From assembly GCA_964016885.1 (NCBI GenBank), contig OZ024744.1, forward strand, positions 48,422,001 to 48,486,000: a stretch of DNA of 64,000 nucleotides. Reading direction: 5' to 3'. The DNA comes from Eledone cirrhosa (taxonomy: Eukaryota). The position numbers and the translations under genes are program-made. The notes below the pieces were generated by a model, which did not search any database, was not told the origin of the DNA, and worked only from the letters and a program-made list of their open reading frames with translations. This document shows, piece after piece, positions 26,675-41,218 of the stretch. Within the stretch, counting starts at the first letter, position 1. Every line of letters begins with the position of its first letter.

Positions 26675-27943
26675 CAGGGTCCGGACGATATTTGTTTGCA
26701 AGATTACTGTCTAGGAAAAAATAATACAGTAGTTTTATTTTTTAAGATATATTTATCAAACTTGGGTCAGTTTGTCTTCATGACTTGTTCTTTCGATCTC
26801 ACTCGATAAACCGCCATTGGCTTTGATGACGGCCTCAAGGCGGCCTCGGAACCGGCTACAGGCCTTCGTCACTGTCCCCCCGACTTAGGCCCCTAAAAGC
26901 ACTTGTGATCCTGGCCTTCAGATCGTCTTTCGTATTGCAGCTAGATCTGTTGGTGTCTCGTTCCACTGCGCCCCACACAAAGAAGTCGAGGGGGTTGCAG
27001 TCAGGCGAGCTGGGAGGCCAGATGTCAGGTGAAGTGTGGTCGACGAAGTTCTCTGACAGCCAGGCTTGAGTATTTCAGCTGGTATAGCAGGGTGCTGAGT
27101 CTTGCTGCCACATGTACGGCCTACCTGCAGCTACCTAGTCGATCCAGGGCTTTACTACCACGCTCAGAACACGGATGTAGCCATCGGTGTTCAGCTTGAG
27201 GCCCTCAGGGAAGAAGTGAGGTGGCACAACATCACCTTGACTGTTAACGACACCTAAGACCAATGTTGTCGCTGGAAACTTTGTCTGCATGACTCTGGGC
27301 ACGTCTTTGGATGAGACAGCGAGCCACCTGTTGTTCTGGGAGTTTGATCTTCTGGTCTTGGCAGAAGTTTTTCTCGTCGGAGAAAAACCGCAGCATGTCT
27401 GGCTCCAGTGGGTGTTTCAACTTGTTGATCAGCTTCTTTGCGTGCTTCAGTCGCTTTTCTCGCATCGCCTTTGACAGAAATTGTCCTTTCCTCATCTTGT
27501 ATATCTTCATGTACCACCAGCCTAATGAGCTTTTCATCCACGCCTTTCTCCCTTGCAATGGCATGCATCGACTTGCTAGGTTCATTGTTGATGATATCCT
27601 GAACTTCAGCGACAAACTCGGGCGTTCTGAAGGCGTCAAATCGTCGATCATGTGTTTTCCTCTCTGATGTTGCTTCGTAGTCGAATCCTGAATCTTCCAA
27701 TTCCTTTCTGACCTTTTCCACCATTCTCCTGCTGACGCTGAGAAAGTCTGAAATTTCCTTATTTGTCCTCCCGGCGCGGATTCTAAAATTTGGAGGTTCA
27801 AAATTATTCATAATCAATTATTCTGAAAATAAATAATGGAAATATAGTTACTGTTTTTATGAAGAAAAGAGTAACAACGGAAGTAAAAAAATTTGCATAA
27901 AATTAGCAGTTGAAAATTGCGAACAAATATCGTCCACACCCTG
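26675..27943 (-). mobile_element. Tc1/mariner DNA transposon, DD37D (maT) type, defective transposase
   Basis: About 27-bp TIRs CAGGGT..GGACGATATTTGTT.GCAA with TA flanks; motifs FFSDEKNF, WQQDSAP and WPPSSPDCNPLD, 37 residues between the second and third D; frameshifts and an in-frame stop. Confidence 0.93.
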
Positions 27944-27992
27944 TATATATGTTTATTAAAATCACAGATTAAAGTTTAAGCAAAGAATCCCA

Positions 27993-28041
27993 TTTCAGAA
28001 GATCCCGTTAAAGGTGAAAGCAGCGATTCTTTGCTTAAACT
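27993..28041 (+). ncRNA. Hammerhead-like motif, CAGAAGA core (family C)
   Basis: TTT-CAGAAGA-TCCCGTTAAAGGT-GAAA-GCA...TGC-TT-AAACT, preceded by an inverted copy of its own tail. Confidence 0.6.
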
Positions 28042-28179
28042 TTAATCTGTTATTTTAATAAATACTTGCTCTATGGTTTTATATATTTTGATATATATAT
28101 AATCCTTATCGAGCCCTCGTCTGATTTTAGTCTTCACATTTATTATTACTACTATATATATACTTCTATCTATCTATCT

Positions 28180-28796
<617 letters not shown>

Positions 28797-29164
28797 TGTT
28801 TCTTTATTAGCCACAGGGGCTCAAAGGAAGGGGACAAATACAAAGGGGCAAGTTTACATACAATAAAAACATGTAAAATGCTATCACAAATGTAATTTAA
28901 AAATTATATATATATAGAGAGAGATATATAAGCAAAAGGGAAGCAAAAGGGATATTTAATTTGTTGGTAATTCAACAAATATATATGTTTATAACTGATT
29001 CGAAGCACTTGACAAGTTTTCTTGAGTATAATATCAATGATATTAAACAAATGGAAACTATATTTATTCTATTATATATATTTTGGTACCCTTGAAATAT
29101 ATATAATAGAATATATATGGTTTTATAAATATAGATTCCATTTATTTAATATCTTTTAGATATA

Positions 29165-29475
29165 TCATCATCATCATGTACGTCCACTTTTTCCCTGCTT
29201 GCAAGGGTGGGATGGGAACTGATTCTGGCTTGATTTCTACAGCTGGATGCCCTTCCTAACGCCAATCTCATTTACAGTGAGTGCTAGGTGTTTTTTTTGC
29301 TGTGGTACCTCCACGCGCACTTTGCAGTGGAATGATATGGACCCCAGTCCTATCATCTCATTTCTACAGCTGAGTAAACTGGAGCAATGTGAAATAAATG
29401 TCTTGCTCAAGGAAACAACATATCACCCGGTCTGAGAATTGAACTCACAACCTTTCGATTGCAAGGCCAATGCTC
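29165..29475 (-). mobile_element. tRNA-derived SINE with RTE family 2 tail
   Basis: Same family as 52054-52400. Confidence 0.85.
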
Positions 29476-29661
29476 TCTCTCTCTCTATATATATATATAT
29501 GTGTGTGTGTTGGGCTTTGGCTATTTGATATATTTATACCCTACTAGTATTGGATACTCTGCGGAATTTTACTAGTTTAAGACAAGTAAAATCCTGATCT
29601 GTCTCTCTCTCTCCCCCTCTCTCTCTTTCTCTCCCTATATATATATATATATATAATATTA

Positions 29662-29699
<38 letters not shown>

Positions 29700-30377
29700 A
29701 ATATATATATATACATTGAGTATATATATATTTTCCAAGTACACTCTGTAAAGTTGTCCCCATTAAGAAGTGCATCCAGCTGTAGAAACCATATCACAAA
29801 ATATAGAACATATCAGCCAGATGAAGTTTCTAGGACCTGTCTAGTCTCCACTGTGGCAACCCATCCAGCCCATGGTAACTTTTGTAATGATAAAATGATA
29901 ACAATGATGATGATCATGATGATGATGATTATGATGATGAGGATGATGATGATGATGAAAGATAGACACACAGAGAAAAAAAAATCTATGTCAGCTGGCC
30001 TCCCTGAACAACTAAAGGTGTCAAATTGTTAGGAATTTGGCAGAGGGCAGAAAGGGAAATATATATATTTTATCTCTCAACTTCCCTGTCATGGTAAAGT
30101 TCACATACACCATTTGGCACAGTATTGGGTTACAAACGACATTCCCAGGGCTTTTGTGGGGGTGGTTAAAGGGTTAACATTCAATTTAAGGTCCTTAAAT
30201 TCATTGGGTTGGGGGGTGGGATATAGGGTTAAAGGGTTAACTTTGAATTTAGGGTTCCCTGGAGGTCAGTTAGAAAGGACACAAGCTGGTTGGTGTGTGT
30301 GGGTATATATATATATATATGTGTGTGTGAGTGTATGAACATGTGTGTGTGTGTGTGTGTGTGTATGGATATATATG

Positions 30378-30418
<41 letters not shown>

Positions 30419-30638
30419 ATGTGTTTATATATATATATATATATGTATACATATATATATATATGGATATTTAGACATATATATGTATACTTATATATAT
30501 ATATTTTTATATATATATAAATATATGTATATATATACACACCAGTCCAGCCTCCTGTTATTTTATTTTATTTACACATATATATAAATATATATAAATA
30601 TATACACACATATATATATATATATAGTATAATATATA

Positions 30639-30715
<77 letters not shown>

Positions 30716-30876
30716 GTATACATGTATATATATACATATATAAATATACATATATATTCATATATATATATGGGCGGCTGACCAGGCTAGAAGCTGCTAA
30801 ATGTTCAGCCACCTGGTCATTGTAATGATCATAGTATAATAAATCTTTTAAGGAATTACACCAGTCCAGCCTTTTA

Positions 30877-30909
<33 letters not shown>

Positions 30910-30911
<2 letters not shown>

Positions 30912-31520
30912 TGGTGGCTGCCAACTCATTTTCGAGTACGGCCACTACTTTATATCCATGTAGGAGAACCCCTACCAATGCGCTGAACGAGTGTGACTTT
31001 TTAGTCCAGTCAGCGACTTGAAAACTCTGGTACAAACACTACACTTGTGACAATTATTGACACATAGTGCTGGGCCCATGGTACCATGTGACGACAAGTG
31101 CAGGGAGATCTCCAGATATAAAGCAATGCCTGTGCTGTGAAGCTTTTATAGTGAGCAAAGGCACTGCACAAAGCCAGTCCCACTCTCTTGACCAAGATGA
31201 TATTTACCAAAAAGAAGAACAATTCAACATCATTGGATACCATGTGTCAGGTCACCAGTTGGTGCTACTGGTAACATGTATCCCAGTACAACCTGTCTCA
31301 TGGTCGGGTCGTTGGCGACTAAACTGGCAACCCCACCAAGGTTACTTGGTGAGGAGGGTGGCTTTGGACATCCTGCAGGACTAAAAACAAAACCTGTCAA
31401 AAGGCAAAGGGGCTCTTAAGAGTCAATAGCCATCCAAAATCACCAGGAGAGATGACCCCTTAGCCTTTATCAAGGCAGAATTCTAGGAGAAGGAAAACTC
31501 TGATATAACACCTGCAACCC
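30910..31520 (+). mobile_element. Possible 5' UTR of another RTE-type LINE
   Basis: Relatively GC-rich island ending CTAGGAGAAGGAAAACTCTGA, a motif I recall from RTE 5' UTRs; no ORF follows. Confidence 0.35.
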
Positions 31521-31557
31521 TGATATATATATATATATATACATACATACATACATA

Positions 31558-31815
31558 TCATCATCATCATCATCATTTTACGGCCGCTTTTCCCTGCTTG
31601 CAAGGGTGGGATGGGAACTGATTCTGGCTTGATTTCTACAGCTGGATGCCCTTCCTAACACCAACCTCATTTACAGTGACTGCTGGGTGCTTTTTTGCCG
31701 TGGCGCCTCCACGACCACTTTGCAGTGGAATGATAAGGACTCCAGTCCCTATCATCTCATTTCTACAGCTGAGTAAACTGGAGCAATGTGAAATATAGTG
31801 TCTTGCTCAAGGACC
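31558..31815 (-). mobile_element. SINE with RTE family 2 tail, 5'-truncated
   Basis: Same body and tail as 52054-52400. Confidence 0.8.
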
Positions 31816-32357
31816 CGGTATATATATATATATATACACACATATATACATATATACATATATACATATATACATATATATCAGAAGGCATGCGGCTGAG
31901 GTGTTAGAGAATTGGATTGGAAATCGTGAGTTTGATCCTGGACCAGGCGATGCGTTATGTCCTTGAGCAAGACACTTTATTTCATGTCGCTCCTTCTACC
32001 TGGAGTTGTGACCAATAGATAGTATTAGCAATTGAAAATTCCAATGGAAACATTGTTTCCTCTGTCCGATTTGACGAAAATTGATCGACTGTCGATACAT
32101 ATATATATATATATATGCATATACAAACCATCCAACCCACACTAACATGGAAGAGGGACGTTAAACAATGATGATGATGATGATGATATGCATATACATA
32201 TATATATAAATGTAAGTATGCACATGCAAACACATATATATATATGTGTATATATATATATATATATACATGCACACACATATATACGCATGGGTTATAT
32301 CAAACATTAATAATAATGTTCGATTCGTTTCTAAACAAACGGCCCGATTATTGAGGA

Positions 32358-32400
32358 ACAATCAACATGTTTCTGAGTCATTACCCTTGATCAGGACTGT
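32358..32400 (-). ncRNA. Degenerate minimal hammerhead (family H-related)
   Basis: Minus ACAGTC-CTGATCA-AGGGT aatg ACTCA-GAAA-CATG-TT|GATTGT; G8 mutated. Confidence 0.55.
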
Positions 32401-33018
32401 ATATCTCTGCCAAATATATAGTATTTTCTTAAGTAGCCTCATTTGCATACTGGAGCGAGTTATGGCTGGCCTTGCTGAATATTCAAAATAAAATGTAAGT
32501 ATGCGCTCGTACACATATATGTGTATACGTACACACACATATATATATATACATATACACATACGGGTTATATCGAACATAAATAATAATATTCGATTCA
32601 TTTGTAAACAACTTCTAATTTTACCCAAGACACCTCCAATGAGATATACCTTGGAGGAGGGCAGCTAAACCTGCATAGGTGTGAGCTGTCACACACACAC
32701 ACAAATTCTAATTTTATTTTTAATATTCAGCAAGGCCGGCAATAACATGCCCAGTATGCAAATGAGGCTACTCAGCTGATGTGTACTTAAGAAAATACTA
32801 TATATTTTCAGCAGTTCAACAGACTGGCAGAGGTATACAGTCACAGAAAAAAATTGATTGTTTCTCAAAGCCAGTGTTGAACTAACAGATGACAATCAGT
32901 CACTGGCATGGCACATCTTTAATCAGGCCGTTTGTTTACAAACGAATCGAACATTATTATTAATGTCCAGCCCATACATACATATACATATGTGTGTGTA
33001 TGTATATATATATATATA

Positions 33019-33061
<43 letters not shown>

Positions 33062-33837
33062 GAATAATCGAATATCGAAAAATCGGCGCACGAGTTCACG
33101 ATAAACAAAATTCGATATGAGTGGCAGAGGGCTCAATAATTCAGATAAATCAGAGCTATAACTATCGTTGAAATACCAACACACATAGATCATGTCTAAA
33201 ATCAACCATACGACCGAAAAATTACGATCTGGAAGATTCGGGTCACTCAGATATATATGTATATATATATATATATGTGTGTGTATACTTCATTTATGTA
33301 TCAGTTGTGCTAAGGCGAGAAATAAATTCTAATTTTATTTTTATATATATATTTATATTAATATATATATACACACACATATATATGTGTGTATATGTAT
33401 ATATATATATATACATATTACACCTCTCAAAGGCGATGACACATGACCGTAACCTCTGGCGTCACGCAGTAATACAGAGTACCCGACCTCCCATGGATAC
33501 AAGCTGAAGCATATAGACAATATGCCCCCACACCCTCCCACTGCAAGGTGGTCGTGGAGGTGCCACGGCAAAAAAGCACCCAGCCCACACTGTAAAGTGG
33601 TCGTGTAGGCGCCATGGAAAAAAAAGCACCCAGCACTCACTGTTACAAAAGTTACCATGGGCTGGATGGGTTGCCACAGTGGAGACTAGACAGGTCCTAG
33701 AAACTTCATCTGGCTGATATGTTCTATATTTTGTGATATGGTTTCTACAGCTGGATGCACTTCTTAATGGGGACAACTTTACAGAGTGTACTTGGAAAAT
33801 ATATATATACTCAATGTATATATATATATTCACACAC

Positions 33838-33868
<31 letters not shown>

Positions 33869-34051
33869 TAATATTATATATATATATATATAGGGAGAGA
33901 AAGAGAGAGAGGGGGGAGAGAGAGAGACAGATCAGGATTTTACTTGTCTTAAACTAGTAAAATTCCGCAGAGTATCCAATACTAGTAGGGTATAAATATA
34001 TCAAATAGCCAAAGCCCAACACACACACATATATATATATATATAGAGAGA

Positions 34052-34355
34052 GAGAGCATTGGCCTTGCAATCGAAAGGTTGTGAGTTCAATTCTCAGACT
34101 GGGTGATGTGTTGTTTCCTTGAGCAAGACACTTTATTTCACATTGCTCCAGTTTACTCAGCTGTAGAAATGAGATGATAGGACTGGGGTCCCTATCATTC
34201 CACTGCAAAGTGGTCGTGCAAAAAAGCACCCAGCACTCACTGTAAATGAGGTTGGCGTTAGGAAGGGCATCCAGCTGTAGAAATCAAGCCAGAATCAGTT
34301 CCCGTCCCACCCTTGCCAGCAGGGAAAAGCGGATGTAAAATGATGATGATGATGA
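34052..34355 (+). mobile_element. tRNA-derived SINE with RTE family 2 tail
   Basis: GAGTTCAATTCT B-box, CCTTGAGCAAGACACTT core, GGAAAAGCGGATGTAAA(ATG)n tail. Confidence 0.85.
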
Positions 34356-35000
34356 CATGCACTTATATATATATATATACACATACACACATATAAATAC
34401 ACTCACTTACACTCACATATATAAGTGTGTGCATGTGTGTGTGTGTGTATGTGTGTGTGTGTGTGCATGTGCATGTGGGAGTGTTTGTACTGGTTTGGGG
34501 GAGGTGTTCAATTATATCAATTTAGTTAGAAACACCATAAAATATATTTTTACACACACACACACACATATACACATGTCAGTGTGTGTGTTTGCAGTAG
34601 ATAGACAGAAAGATAGATAGACCAATGCCTTGTGAGTGAAATGCAACTTTAGAAGGTGATTATCAACAATAGGGGCATCAGATTTCAGGGGGTGAAAACA
34701 GGAGAGAGAAAGAGGAATGGGGAGGAAGGATTAGCACAGTTCCTCTAATCAGTGATAATGTGTGACAGGCCATTAATCTACTATATTCCTTGGTAGACAT
34801 AGACAGATATATCCCTCTTCAGTTCCTAAACAAACAAAGCAACTATCTAGAACTGATTGGTGTATAGTGGGTGGGAGTAGATGGTTGGTGTAGTGAAGGA
34901 GACATCAATCTGGTTTTCTCACAAACTAAATTTGTACTTAATTTAATAACATAGCTAAGCTACATACACCAACACTCCATGCTACCCCCCCCCCCTCTCT

Positions 35001-35105
<105 letters not shown>

Positions 35106-35141
35106 CACATATGCATATGTGTTTGTGTGTGTGTATGTGTG

Positions 35142-35189
<48 letters not shown>

Positions 35190-35342
35190 GATATGTTTCT
35201 TTATTAGCCACAGGGGCACAAAAGAAGGGGACAAATACAAATATAGACAGATAGACAGACAAATAGGAAGTGAGAGAGATTTTACACATTATATTCATGA
35301 CAGTTAATGATGATAATGTGTGTGTATATATATATATATATA

Positions 35343-35530
35343 TAATTGTTTCTACTTTAGGCACAAGGCCAGCAATTACCCAGTGTATTACTGGTACTTT
35401 ATTTTATCGACCCTGTAAGGATGAAAGGCAAAGTCAACCTCGGCGGGATTTGAACTCAGATCGTAAAGGGACGTAACTATGCTGGAAAGCATGGCGTCTG
35501 ACTCTCTACCGATACTGCCAATCCACCGCC
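35343..35530 (-). mobile_element. tRNA-derived SINE (Meta-core-like)
   Basis: Same family as 10700-10886. Confidence 0.8.
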
Positions 35531-35628
35531 CTAATATATAATGAAGGAAATATGGTAAGGAACCAGATGGACCATAACGCACCAAAGTACTCAATACTTA
35601 GGGTAGTAGAGTGGGTAATAGGAACAGG

Positions 35629-35738
35629 TATGACCCCGACGGCAGAGCTCAAGTCGTTTTGACGGCTAATTCTGGACCCATTATTAGCTGTCCAGAATTA
35701 GTCATCGAAACGGCTTGAGCTCTGCCGTCAGGGTCATA
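35629..35738. repeat. About 50-bp-arm hairpin made from the 3' half of a hammerhead (family I)
   Basis: Right arm contains GAAA-CGGC ttgagctct GCCG-TC|AGGG; left arm is its inverted copy. Confidence 0.75.
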
Positions 35739-35747
35739 TATCAGGTT

Positions 35748-35819
<72 letters not shown>

Positions 35820-36197
35820 ATATATATTGTATATATATATATATATTGTATATATATATATATATATTGTATATATGTATATACATATATATATATATAT
35901 ATGTATATACACACACATTTTCATCATCATCATTCATATATATATACATATATATATACAATTATATATATATAATTGTTTCTATTTTTGGCACAAGGCC
36001 AGCAATTATCCCAGTGTATTATATATATAATGTCAATCTATCTTCACACACACACAGACAGACAGATATATTGAGACAGAAATAGACTGACAGACAGACA
36101 GAGAGATAACTTGATAAATAGATAGGCAGATAATAGACAGACATTATATATATGTATATATATAATAAGAACCCTAGAGCAAATATTCATTTATTAA

Positions 36198-36248
36198 AGT
36201 TTCAGAAGATCCCGTTAAGGGTGAAAGCAGCGATTCTTTGCTTAAACT
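36198..36248 (+). ncRNA. Hammerhead-like motif, CAGAAGA core (family C)
   Basis: AGTTT-CAGAAGA-TCCC gttaa GGGT-GAAA-GCA gcgattctt TGC-TT|AAACT, all stems intact. Confidence 0.75.
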
Positions 36249-36420
36249 TTAATCTGTTATTTTAATAAATATATATATATATATATTTATAAATGTAATT
36301 TAAGTTTTTTGAATATTAATAATATTCGATTTGTTTGCAATTATGCAAACAAGCCTCACTTTTAAAGCCATGTCAGTAGAATGAGCCCTCATTCTTACTC
36401 TTGTGTTGGCATGTAAACAG

Positions 36421-36468
36421 AACTGCAGACACTAATGTTTCTGGGTGTTACCCTTCATCAGTACAGTT
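36421..36468 (-). ncRNA. Type I hammerhead ribozyme (family H)
   Basis: Minus AACTGTA-CTGATGA-AGGGT aac ACCCA-GAAA-CATTAGTG-TC|TGCAGTT; 7-bp stem I, GUC site. Confidence 0.85.
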
Positions 36469-37477
36469 CAGTGTTCACCTGCCAACTGTCAGAGCTAGTG
36501 AAAGTATATGATATTTTTTAAAATATACAGTGACTGATCAGCCTGATTTGCATATTAGCAGACTGGCCAGTCAGTTTCCTGTATACGAGTGATCAATGGC
36601 TGCCTTTGCCACACTCAAATTAGAAAAAAAAATTTTGCTCTGCATGGCTGAATACAATAAATGTAATCTGAGTTTTTTTAATATTGATAATAATATTTGA
36701 TTCATTTGCAATTATGCAAACAAGCCTCATTTTTAAAGCTATGTCAGTAGAATGAGCCCCTCATTCTTGCTCTTGTGTTGGCATGTAAACAGAACTGCAG
36801 ACACTAATGTGTCTTTTTTTTTTTTTTAAATATATTTATATATATCATCAACATCATCATTTAAAGTTTGCTTTCCCTGCTAGCAAGGGTTGACGGGGTC
36901 TACATAGACCAAGTCAGTACTGAAGTGGTGGCTACAACCTTCCTGACATGCCAAGGGGCCTGTATCTCGCTTATGGAGTGCATATCGAGTGCAGAGGAGA
37001 AGTTGTCAATGTCTTTTGACACATCTGTTTGGCAAGTTTTCTATGGCTGGAAGCTCTTTCTAACACTAAGCACTTTACAGTGTGTACTTGGTGCTTTTAT
37101 TGCGTAGATCACCAACACTGGAGTTTTCTTTGACACAACTAAAAAAGGGTCCTTTCAACCCTTTTAGGTGTGGTTTTTACAGTGGTGTGCCCTTCCTGTC
37201 ACCAACCATCCTTATATATATAAAGTTTGAGCTTTTGAAGCACTGAGGGATTATGAAGTTTATAGAAAATGAAGCATACCCAGATGCAGAAAACTATATA
37301 CAGTCAGTTGGTACAAATAGCTAACAAAAATTGGGTAAAGACCCCTTATAAATGGAAAAAAGATGGCAGCATCTGCTATGAGGAATCAAACCTCATATCT
37401 CTCAGATACCAACTGAGCAAATGAACTGAACAAATGAACTAAGGAACCTTTGACAATAATACACACACATATATATA

Positions 37478-37531
<54 letters not shown>

Positions 37532-37599
37532 AATATATATATATATACATATATATATGTGTGTGTGCATGTGTATCATTATCATCATTATCATTTTTA

Positions 37600-39610
37600 T
37601 GTATGTTTTGCCATGCTTGCATAGGTTGGACAGGTTTTTCTCAGCACAACATCCTCCACACAATGCATTTCTATGTCATCTCCTCTGTGAGATTCAGCAA
37701 TTTGAAGTCAGCTCTCACCACCTCAGCCCATGTCTTTCTTGGTCTACCTCTACTGCGGCTTCCTTTCACTGGGATTTCCTGGCACATCTTCACTCATCAA
37801 TCATCATTGAGCTCTGCTTTTATCTCACATTAAACATTGCATATCCAAGAAGGCATGGCTGCTTCATTTCTCTCCAGTCTATACATGTCTTCGCATGCAG
37901 ATGTCATACAGTCGTCCTTTTGTACGTACGGGGAAGCCTTTTGTTGTCAACAGTGCAAGTAGCTCTGTAATTTCTGATGATGCTCTTCTCCTTGATTACT
38001 CCTGTGCATCTTCTACTTACAAAGATGGTCATTTTGGTGCCACGTTAAAAAGCACTGTAATGTGGTTGGTGTTAGGAAAGGCATCCAGCTGTAGAAACCA
38101 AGCCAAAAATTCAGATCCATATGAGCAAGATGCAGTCTCTGGACCTGACTTGAAAAAATAAAATGATCACCATTTAACCCATGCACGCATTGAAAATAGA
38201 TGTCCTCATAAGCCATTCCTCTACACCTAGTTTCCTTAAGGACCACCAGATGACAGATCAGGGTACTCTATCAAAGGCCTTCTCTAGATTAACAAAAGCT
38301 AAGTATAGTGGCTTATTCTTCTCTAAGAACCTCTATTGTAGTTGTCTCACTAAGAAGAGGGCATCTGTTGTACTTTTCCCAGGCACAAAACCAAACTGTA
38401 TCTCATCTAATTTGAGTCTTTCTCTAATTAGTTGTGCTAATAATCTTTCTGCCACTTTCATAACCTGATCCATCAGTTTTATGGCCCTATAATTGCTCCT
38501 CTCCAGAGCATCCACTTTACCTTATGTTGCAATTTATGAGAATACTGCTGCACCAGACTTTGGGTATGACTCCGCCATATATAACTTGATTGACTATGCA
38601 TGCAACCAGTTTAGTTCCTACTTCTCCTGATGCCTTCAACATCTTAACAACTATCCCTGAAAGTCCAGTGGCCTTACCACTTTTCATTTCCTTAATTGTT
38701 TCTTTGATCCTATAGTCGTTAACCTCAATAACTGGTCCCTCTGTTGGGGGTAATTTCTCTCTCTCCCATTTATTCTCAATATTCATCAGTCTATAATAAC
38801 ATTTCCAGGCCTTCTTTTTCTGAGAATCAGTGATGCTAAGTGAACTGGCATCATTTTGGACACACTTATCTCCAACAACATCCTGATTTACACTGCCTTG
38901 CAATGCAGAACACTGCATGTCTCTGATCTTCCCATCACAGAACATTGGCAAACCTCCTACTCTCAGCTTCCCTGTGGGCTAACCTATGTTTGGGGGCTGC
39001 ATTCTTTCTTGAGGTTTGCCTTAATGTTTGTAACCATCTGTCTGTCTCATTACCTAACTAGCAAAAAGTCAATCTGGCTTATGTGCTCGCCTGATTGATA
39101 AATGATTAGGTGATTGGCAGGTTTCCTGAAGTTAGTGTTGCAAATGGTTAGTTCACTTGCATCACAAAATTCAAGAAGCCTCACTCCTTCGTTTCTTGAG
39201 CCATAACCACGACCACCAGTGTATCCATCCTGGAGCTGTCCAACATGACCATTGAAGTCACATGCTAGTATGACTTGGTCTCTGTCCTCTGTTACTATGG
39301 TTGTCTCTAGAAGTTGCTTGTAAAAGCGGTCCATTTCTTCTTTACATAGGCCTGCTTGGGGAGCATAGGTAAAGATAATTGTCAGCAGTCTATTGCTTAC
39401 AACTAATCTAATCTGAATGATTCTACTACTTACTCTAACTACCTCTATTGTCTTGTTAGTCCAATTCTCGGCCAGTAAAATGCCTACCCCACTTAACCCA
39501 TCATCGTTTCCTACCCAGAAAAGCTTATATCTAAGCTGTTTGCCTACAATTAGTTTTGCTGAGGCACCTCTCCATCTCACCTCTTGCATGCAGTACACAT
39601 CCACATCCAC
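37600..39610 (-). mobile_element. RTE family 2 fragments (endonuclease, RT start, 3' end)
   Basis: ORFs 39050-39661 (QEVRW..YAPQ..DFNGHVG..QIDF), 38517-38951 and 38333-38515; 3' piece at 37600-37960; SINE-like insert near 38020-38200. Confidence 0.88.
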
Positions 39611-39664
39611 ATAATATATATCTTTATATATATGAGTGAGTGTGTAGATACATGTGAACATGGC

Positions 39665-39800
39665 TTAAAATGGGAAAGAGTAAAACTGGCAGATTTAGAT
39701 TTTTGCTAATGACTTAGCCCTTCTCACTAACAATTGTACAGATATGCAGACATGACAGATGCCCTTGTTGAAACAGCTAAAAAGGTTGGCATGAGAATAA
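39665..39800 (+). mobile_element. Small RT fragment of a different LINE
   Basis: Translates KLADLDFANDLALLTNNCTDMQT, an LDFADD-like RT motif. Confidence 0.5.
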
Positions 39801-41125
39801 ATATCTCTTGCTCATACAATCTCGTTTTTTGGCTTGGTTTCAACAGCTGGATGCCCTACTTACTGGCAACTGCCTTACAAGTTTGACTGGGTATTCTTTG
39901 TTGTGTTGCATTAAAGGGTTGTCTAGCTACTTTTTGTCATATCACCAGCATGACCATCTTACAGGGTGGACTGTATGCTTTTTGTCATGGTACAAGTACC
40001 ACTACTTTACAATGTGGACTGGGTGATTCATCGTAGTCTCCCCTTCCTTACGTGTCATAAGGGTGAATATATCATCACTACTTAACATTTATTTTCCATG
40101 CATGCATGGGTTAGACAAATTTACTACATTCTCAGACTAAGTAGGACAGATGGCTGAGTGCAGTCATAGATTACACGGTGTGAACCTTATGGAATTTCTA
40201 AGTACCCCTTTCTGACATATCACACAACATCACTTCCTTGAGGGCATGAACCTCCTGTCCTGTTTCCTATTTATTAAGATCAAATCCAGGTTTTACTTCT
40301 GTGCTTGAAATTTTGTCTCTAACTCTCCCACAGATTCAGCTACAAGGACTAAGTTATTAGCATACAGGAGTTCTCATGGAGTGCTAACTTTAAACTCCTC
40401 AATGATGGCCTGAAGGACAATGATAAACAAAAGTGGGCTGATGACTGAGCCTGACAGATGACTGAGCCTTGGTGGACCTCCACCTGTGCATCAAATTCAT
40501 CACTATATTCATTGCCACCTCTCATTTTACTTGTTGCACCTTTATACAACTCTCACAAGCCATTTATTTGTCTATACCTAGATTCCTAAGTGCCCACCAG
40601 ATTACAGATCAGGGGACCCTGCCAAAGGCCTTCTCCAGTTATACAAATTTCAGGTATGTGGCTAACACTTAGCTATATACTTCACCTATACTGGTCTCAC
40701 AAGAATTAGGGCATTGGTAGTACCCCTTTCTAGCATAAAACCAAACTACATCTTATGTAATTTAACTTTGTTCTATAACTTTATCAACTTGATGCCTCTA
40801 TAGTTACCTCTCTCTAAAGTGTTTTGTAGCTATTCACAATGATACTGCTGCACCAGTCATTGGGTATGACAATATCCTTTAATACTTGATTAATTATTCA
40901 TCTGATTAGCTTGTAACCTACCATGCTGGATACTTTTAGTATTTTCAGTACTACACTAGATGGTCTGGCTGCCTTCCCTACTTTCATGTCCTTAATTTTT
41001 TTATCTATCATACTGCTGTCAACTTCTATGGCTGGTTCCACAGTTGGGTCGATATATATATATACATCAAATTATAAAATAAGAGGAAATAATAGAGACG
41101 GATATATACCTATTTTTTCTTCAAA

Positions 41126-41218
41126 GTCCCGACTTTACAGTTTCGTTGGTCCATATGCAACAATTGTACATTATAGATATGCAATATTGTTGTGAGGCAA
41201 ACCAGCTTCTCAAGGAAC
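41126..41218 (-). ncRNA. Type I hammerhead, UUGAGAA (C3U/G8A) core (family J)
   Basis: Minus GTTCC-TTGAGAA-GCTGGT...ACCAAC-GAAA-CT gtaa AG-TC|GGGAC with a long paired stem II. Confidence 0.7.

Noticed and set aside
30150-30260. TAGGGTT-like motifs
   Set aside because: Scattered and degenerate, not a telomeric array.
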